From the NCBI RefSeq assembly GCF_009914755.1, contig NC_060941.1: a stretch of DNA of 64,000 nucleotides, one strand, 5' to 3'. Numbering within the stretch: the stretch's first letter is position 1; each line of letters opens with the position of its first letter. This DNA is from the human T2T-CHM13v2.0 reference genome, Homo sapiens. The notes beneath the pieces were generated by a model. That model was not told where the DNA came from and ran no database searches. It worked only from the letters and a program-made list of their open reading frames with translations. Below are positions 55,409 through 64,000 of the stretch, one piece after another. The translations under genes were made by a program, and so were the position numbers.

Positions 55409-56569
55409 TAACAGTCTCGTTTTAATCAAACATCTCTCCTATGCTCAGGGCACCAATTGGGTTCCTTCATTTTTCTTCCTTATTTTCCTCCTTCCTTCTT
55501 CTCTTTCGATTGTACTTTTCGACCTTTTTCCCCCTTCCATTCTAATCATTCACTATGGACTTTAAAACTGTTGAGATTCTGTGGTCCAGCTCACTAAGTC
55601 CACCTTCTCAGGAATGTCGTTTCTCTCTATGTAGCACAGTGGCACTCTGAGCTGTTAGTGTAGCATGAACATGGGTTGTAGCCTAAAATGCTGCTACCTC
55701 ACCACTGTGAGAAAGATTGTATCCCACGTTTCATCAATACTTTTGAAACTGTGAAAGAAGATGGCGGACCAAGCTTAAGTTTTGCTTAAAACCTCTGTCA
55801 AGCAAATGCGGGCAAATCATCAGACAGCAACCACAGGAGGTGAAAATTCAGTCACTAGAGCTATAGCTGACGCATGATTCCTCCACAGCCTCTTTTGTTC
55901 TCAGACAGCACAGAGGAATTTAGCAAGAAGAAATGTCAGAGTTTGGGACAGGACCATTGGCTCTTGAATTGTGAAGCATTTAATATGCTTGATTAGGAAA
56001 ACACAAGCCACACCCTATTCAGCATAATCAGTAGCTTGACCACAAGTCTCGTGTTGCAGCAGTGGGATGTAGCACAGCTGCATCCTCTTGCCCTCACTCG
56101 GAGCACCAATCCTTTCCCTGGCACCATCAAAGGTCTAGGACATGCAAAGTGGCTACATGATTTGGCTTCTAGCCCCACAACCTCAGCATCCTACCAGAAT
56201 TGACTGCCTTATGCGCTTTGATGTATCTGCTTTCCATTGAGCAGGTCTCGTTTTCTAAAATATTCTCCTCTGCAGGATACAAACTTGCTTCCCGGGAGTC
56301 CAAGCTACAGGGATCAGTCTTGGGCAATTTAGTCCTTGTATCTCACTTTGTTGAGTCACTTCTTTTCTTATTTTCTCTCATCAGTTTAATTAGCTGGGGG
56401 TCATTAGAAGGCTCTTCTGGCTATTAATATTGAGAGATTCCATAATGATATTTCATCATAGATCATGTATTGTTGAGCCAGTGCTCTGTGGCATCATAAT
56501 CTCTAAACATACTAAGATTATCTCCATCCTATTTTTAATTTTCTAATATTGGAGTCTTTATGTTTTTAT

Positions 56570-56800
56570 TTAACACAAATGCAAAGTTCACTATGTGGGA
56601 AGCACTCTTTTAAGTGCTTTATAGTTATTAACTCATTTATTTCTGATAACAATTCTATGATGTAAGTACTATTATCACTCTCATTTTACAAATGAGAAAA
56701 CTGAGACCCAGAGAGCTGAAGCAAGTTCCCCATGGTTCCACCACTAATAAGTTTATAAATTGAGCTGATCCATTCTAACCTTAGTCTTTTGCCTACCATT
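56570..56800 (-). mobile_element. MIR
   Basis: cattttacaaatgagaaaactgagacccagagag core. Confidence 0.75.
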
Positions 56801-59254
56801 TTATCAATATTTTATTAATAAGTTCTTTTCCCAATAAATCTAGAAATGTGTTTCCAAGAAATACATTTAATTGTAGTAATTTTCTTATATTTCAAGAAGT
56901 ATAAATTTTCAAGGAAGTCCACCATAGACAATCATGATGCTTGTCTTCAATTCCTCATGTTTGGTGACCTTACATATAGATTCCCAGATTCAGAAAAAGA
57001 ATTTTATTTTCCCAATACAACTATAGAGATATATGTAACTACAGAAAGATGTAAAGAAATGTTTGCTCCAACATGGGTTCACAGGTAAGGAGGGAAGACA
57101 AAATACTGGAAAAGATATCTACAAGAAATTCCTCAAAATTAAATTTTCCTCTTAGTTTTCCCAGAGTACTGACCACTTGGAACAATAAGCCTACACATTG
57201 TTTTGGAGGAACATGAAGATTTTACTGGCATAGTAATATCATGTGGTTTTTAAAAAACTCTTTTTTAGAATATGATATCTTAAGAATATTTGCTAAAATT
57301 TATTAACTTACAAATTTGATATTAATATCTACTGTTGCTGTGTAGGCTTTCTCAAATATGAAATTCATTTAGTATTTCTGTAAAGAAATCCTTGCATATA
57401 CTAACCTTTAATTCATTTTTAATTAATTTATCTTCCAGCTGGTAGACTATGGCAGACATGGTTCTTAGGCTCCCAGTGGGTCTTGGGCATTTTAACTTGA
57501 ATACTCTGAGGTTGGTCTTTTTACCTAATTTCTCAGTGTATTAGGCCTTTACCTTCTTTCACTTAAGAATGCTCAATTTTCTTGCTAATGCACTAAATCT
57601 CCCTGAACAACCACCCCCTATATAATTTCAAAGATTGCTTTATCTTCTCCCCTCTGTTGCATTTTGATAAAAGGTGGGTTTTTTTCTGAGCTGACTTCAA
57701 ACTAAAGAAAATATATTTTATTTCTCTAGAGTCATTAATTCTTTGGTAGAATATATTTTGAAATCCTAATATGTATTACACATGATTTAGTTGCTTTACC
57801 TTCTTTGGCAAAGCCTATATCTGAAATGAAAAGGCACACCCACACTAAAGATGAAGGACTGCAAGATGCTTGAAATCACAGGTCAGAATCACCTCTGCTA
57901 ACATACTTCTGCCCCTATTCGCATACTCTTCTTCAAATTAAGTATGTCAGGCAAGAAAGTGCACTGAATAAATGTTAATTGTTATAACAAATGTTAAGCT
58001 GCCCTACAGTGTTAAGAACATACTGCTCTGTAGATTCTCCACTAGTTTATTTTAGAATGAACATCTCAGGGATAGTCACAGTATTTTGTCCACAGTGGTA
58101 AACCCATACACAGTCTGATAAATAATAAGTGCTAATTTTTATCATAAAAATAAATGATAATTTCAAATATGAATGATTATGTCAAAGAACAAAATATACA
58201 TAGGCAAACCTAGATTTATATTTCATTTTTTCTCAGTGAGCATAGTTTTAATAATAAGTCATCCATCAGCATTTACTAAGTGTCAGAGTTTGGGCTAGAT
58301 ATTGGTATACATGGTATCTAATTTACTATATAAAATAACAGTGTATGCCAGGTAGTATAATATTTATTTAAAAACTTTGTTGAAACTTTGTTTGTTGCCC
58401 AAGTGGGGGTAAAGCTAAATTTTAAATACTGATCTCTCGAGCTTGATTCCTATTCTCTTTGCATTTTCCCCAGTTACCTAAAGAATATTAAATAAAAAGA
58501 AACTTTGTTCTGGAAATCTAGAGATTCTCTTTAGGGTCTTCATTGAAGAAGGGGCAAGAAGAGAACAGAAAGGAATATTATTACGTATTCTACTGCAGCA
58601 GACCCAGATAAATGAACTGCAGCTGCACACCTGAGACAACAGTGCCCTAGATTTAGTGATTTAGCACAAAACAGAACAACTAGTCAAGAAAATGATGTGG
58701 TTGGAGTATGTGATGAGACAGTAATAAGAGGAATTTTAGCTGTCATGACCCTTTTACTACCTAAAAGCTATGATTCCTTCCCCAAATGCTATGCCAGTAA
58801 TCTATACAAAACCAAGGTAGAGAATAATGCTTAAACTTCTCAAATGTGACACAGAGTATTTCCAACTCTACAGTGGTCTTAACGCCTTTCTATTTTGGAT
58901 TTTCAAATCTAGAATTAAGATTTAACAAGAGACCATGGCCAACCATGAAGAATCTTTGTATACCCTCTTGTTTTGTTAATTTGAAAAACAATATCTATAT
59001 AATGTAATTTAAAGACATTGCTAGTGTGCTACTTAGGAACAGATTTGTAAGTCCCCTCACACATAGTGGAGAAAGCTGTTTCCATTGACAAGGGGGGCTC
59101 AATGGGTTGAGAATCTCTGCTTTGCCTGCGTCCAACCAGACGACTCTATTTCAAGTTTCAAGGTCTCCCTCCTTCCTGATCAACGGTGTAACTTTAACAT
59201 GAGTGAGTTGGTGAGCCTGAGAATTCAATGGATAATAAATAAGCATGAAATTCA

Positions 59255-60690
<1,436 letters not shown>

Positions 60691-60869
60691 AGTGTGAGTA
60701 TTCCGATAGTAAGTATTGTAAATATTGCTTATTGTTTGGTGTTGTAGCTGGGGTCTTATTGGAAGTAAACACACCATAGTTCCGAAAAAAATCACTTAAA
60801 CAGCACTGGAATTTGGAATTTTAAAGTGTGGAAAAAAATCTACTGAAACATATTCCACATGAAAAATCA

Positions 60870-61950
60870 TGATACACTGTGGAAATACTTCAAGAGACAG
60901 ACTCAACAGATGACACAATGAAGAGTATTATTGTTCCCAAGCAGTTGAGATAGATAATACATATAAAAGAAATCACTAATAAAATAAGTAAACAGATAAA
61001 CTGCAAAACATCAAGACCCAAGACTATGAACAAAAATAGGCTTATTTAGAAAAAGAAATGTCAGTATGTATATATAGTCACTTAAATACATTTAAATAAA
61101 AATTAGAAGAGTATAAACAAGCAGTTAGGTATTAAGAAAATCAGTGGTTTGAAAGATATAAAAAGGGATTGTTCAATATTTAGCATAGAGAAACTAAGCA
61201 TGAATACAATCATGGAGGAAGGAATAATATTTTTCAACATGTGTGTAATAGAAATTACCCCACTAAAAAAGAAAATACAGCATAAGTAATAAAGCAAACA
61301 TTACTAGATCGTGTTCTATAATTGAAGAATGAATGTAGTCATAATAGAGTCAGAAAGACTATATTAACATCAGAAAAGTATTCAAGATGAGTATATTACT
61401 AAACAGAAAGAAGGCATTTTCCAAATGGTAAATGGTCTATTAAGAAGAAATAATAATCTGAAGTGTGTATGCACCTAAAAGGCTTCTAATGCATTTTTTT
61501 CTCTGAACAAAAAAAAAGGCGAATCTGTTCGAACATTAAAAAATATCACTCAATAGTTGCTAAAGCATGTAGAGAAAAAGGTCCATGTGACTTGAACATC
61601 ACTGGCAAAGTAATCTATTAAGCATTTTCCTAAACACTTTACACTAAAACCAGAAAATATTTTGAACTAAATGGATGTTAAAGCACAGCATGCTAGAAAG
61701 TGTGAAGTACAGTTAAAGTGGTGCCTTGAGAGAAATTTATTGCTTTAAGTACCTATGTTAGAAAAGAAAAAAAATATATATTTTTACATTTTAAAAAACC
61801 AGAAAAAAAAGAGAAAAATCCTAAGTAAGTAGAGGACAGGAAAAACTAATAGAAGAAATCAATAATATAAAAATAGCACATAATCACATTTTTTGAAATT
61901 CATACATTTGTCCATAGGAAGGATCAGTAAAATTGATAAAAATTTAGTGG
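60870..61950 (+). mobile_element. Highly degenerate L1M ORF2-region relic
   Basis: A-rich strand bias with L1 motifs (gtgtatgcacctaa, aaagtggtgccttgagagaaatttattgctttaa). Confidence 0.55.
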
Positions 61951-63799
61951 TTCATTTACTATGCTGTGTAGAACTTGCCTCAAAATTTACAATGGTGAAA
62001 TTACCATTAATTTAGTTACTGATTCTGTGTGTAAGGAATTCGGACCAAAGATGGTGGGAAAGTTGTTTTCTTCCCAACTGGCAGTTGTTGGAAGAACTGA
62101 AAAGCTGGGAGCTGGAGTCATCTGAACGATTTTTTACTCATGTGTCTAGAGGTTGATGCTGGGAAGACCCTAACCGTTGGAAGTTGGAGCAACTGATGCA
62201 TCTAAATTCATAAAATTAAGTCTGAAAAAGTTAATGTTCAGGAGTCTTACTTTGAACTTCAGAATATGTGCCTGCCTTAGAAGACCAGGCTATTCTGGGT
62301 TTCATGTAAAACAGAAGTGGAAGATAAATCTAAGGGAAAAATTATTGCTACACAAATAGTAAGGCAGCTGAACCAACTGGTCAGGGAAGCTGTTAAATGA
62401 CAATCAGCCGTTATTCAGCTGAGATTCAGCTGAGCTCTAAGGGGAATAATATACAGGTAACAAATCTAATCCTTGTTTTCTAAAATGTTTATGGATAAGT
62501 TGATTCTTCTAGAGGCTTCTAAAGAGAAAACTTGAAGAAAAGTCATTTTGCTACTGTACATAGTACACTCACTCACAAATAATACATTTTCTTTGGGGAA
62601 GCTGGTGAAAAATTCTGGACATGAGCTTATATTCCTACCTTGTAACTTTGATAAAGAAAACTGGAAATTGCAAAGAGAATCTATTTTAGAATTTTATACA
62701 GGAGAGTTAGAGAAAAAAGAAATGGGGGAAATTCAAGAGAACAAAGGAAAAACAAAAGAGAGAAGACTACAGAGATGGTGAAAAAATAATAAGAGAAAGA
62801 ATAAACATTTAATTTTAATTTAGAGAGAGACTGCTGATTTTTAAAAATATCACGCATTTGACAGCTAACAATATGACTATATGTTTAATTTTATTACCTA
62901 GTTAAAAAAAGAAAAAATATTGTTAACATATTCAAGTTTCTTAATAGTATGAAGATAAAATAAAGCAAAGTTTTTATTTTCAAGTTTTTATTCTTCTGGT
63001 AAGTGAGTTTCACAAAACTAATACTGAAATTTGCTCAGCTAATTCTCCAGAATAAATGTACAGACACTTTATTTGTTGATGTTATCTTTAAATTATTTGA
63101 AATAAAGTGTGAAGTCAATAATCAGAATTTTTATAGTCTACTTTAGCTAGCTAATTAATTAGCAAATGCAGTATATGATATTCCTAAATTTGAGGCTAGT
63201 TATAGCTACCACAGAATTTCGTTCTCTTTATTATTCAGTTTTTAATTCATGCATTCATTTATTCTATAAATATTTTTACCAGGTGCCAGGCACTGTTCTA
63301 AGGAAGGAACATAAAGGAAACAAAAAATTAAAAAAAAATAGTAAAGTTGTATTTACTATTAGTAAATCTAGTCAATAAAAATAGAAATTTCTGACTTCAT
63401 GCATTTCACATTTTAGTATGATGTAACTAATTTTCATTAGAACTCTAAGGAGTTGCTTTGGTTTAAGGTTTAAAAAACAAATTTAAGTCAATACTCCTAA
63501 CACTAAAACTGTAAACTATAGAGTATCGACTAATATTTGAGTTAGTCCCTCCAATTTAGAAACACCACTTGTTTCCAGTCATGAGTTGATATCACCCCTT
63601 CTGTTAGTTTCCACCTAATATTATGTAGGTTAGTTTGTAAGACTTGTTTAAACACAAGTGTTTATAACACTTGGAGTATTTAGGAGTTTTTTATATTTTC
63701 TAAAAATGTTTCACTTGATTTGAATTAATAGCCATGCTTTCTTTCCCCTTATGGATTCAGCACTTTGTTGTTTGGAAGCAAATGGGCTTTGAATAATTG

Positions 63800-64000
63800 C
63801 CAATAAGAAAAGGGCTTGCTATATTCCAGAAATTGGTAATGTTATGACTCCAAAAGCACAGGCAACAAAAGCAAAATTAGACAATGAATTATATCAAACT
63901 AGAAAGCTTTTGTACCGTAAAGGAAATAATAGTGTGAAGAGGCAACATATAGATTGGAGAAAATATTTGCAAAACATACACCAGAAAAGGAGCTAATATC
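63800..64000 (+). mobile_element. L1M ORF2 3' region, continuing past window end
   Basis: atgactccaaaagcacaggcaacaaaagcaaaattagaca...ggagaaaatatttgcaaa. Confidence 0.85.

Overview
This is AT-rich, repeat-dense primate (human-like) intergenic or intronic DNA. I find no supportable protein-coding gene, rRNA, tRNA or CRISPR array. The listed ORFs are repeat-derived (Alu, L1, LTR), microsatellite-derived or chance. Main elements: (1) the 5' UTR of an older L1PA on the minus strand (1-879), carrying an extended ORF0-like antisense frame; (2) a two-LTR, non-coding MER61-type ERV1 provirus (7661-12122, minus) with a 4-bp TSD and two nested Alus; (3) an internally deleted L1MA2/3-like LINE (about 16230-19590); (4) a solo MLT2A LTR with a DUX4-like site; (5) an LTR12/HERV9 5' LTR with PBS and splice donor, cut off by an apparent deletion; (6) 18 Alus, three pairs of them closely spaced and inverted; (7) many MIR, L2, L1M, MaLR and DNA-transposon relics. 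The best leads are candidate non-coding exons and TE-derived promoters, which could form unannotated lncRNAs, plus asymmetric CpG retention between the two MER61 LTRs. I see no evidence for a wholly new biological system. Subfamily names come from remembered consensus sequences and need RepeatMasker/Dfam confirmation. Boundaries of old repeats are approximate.
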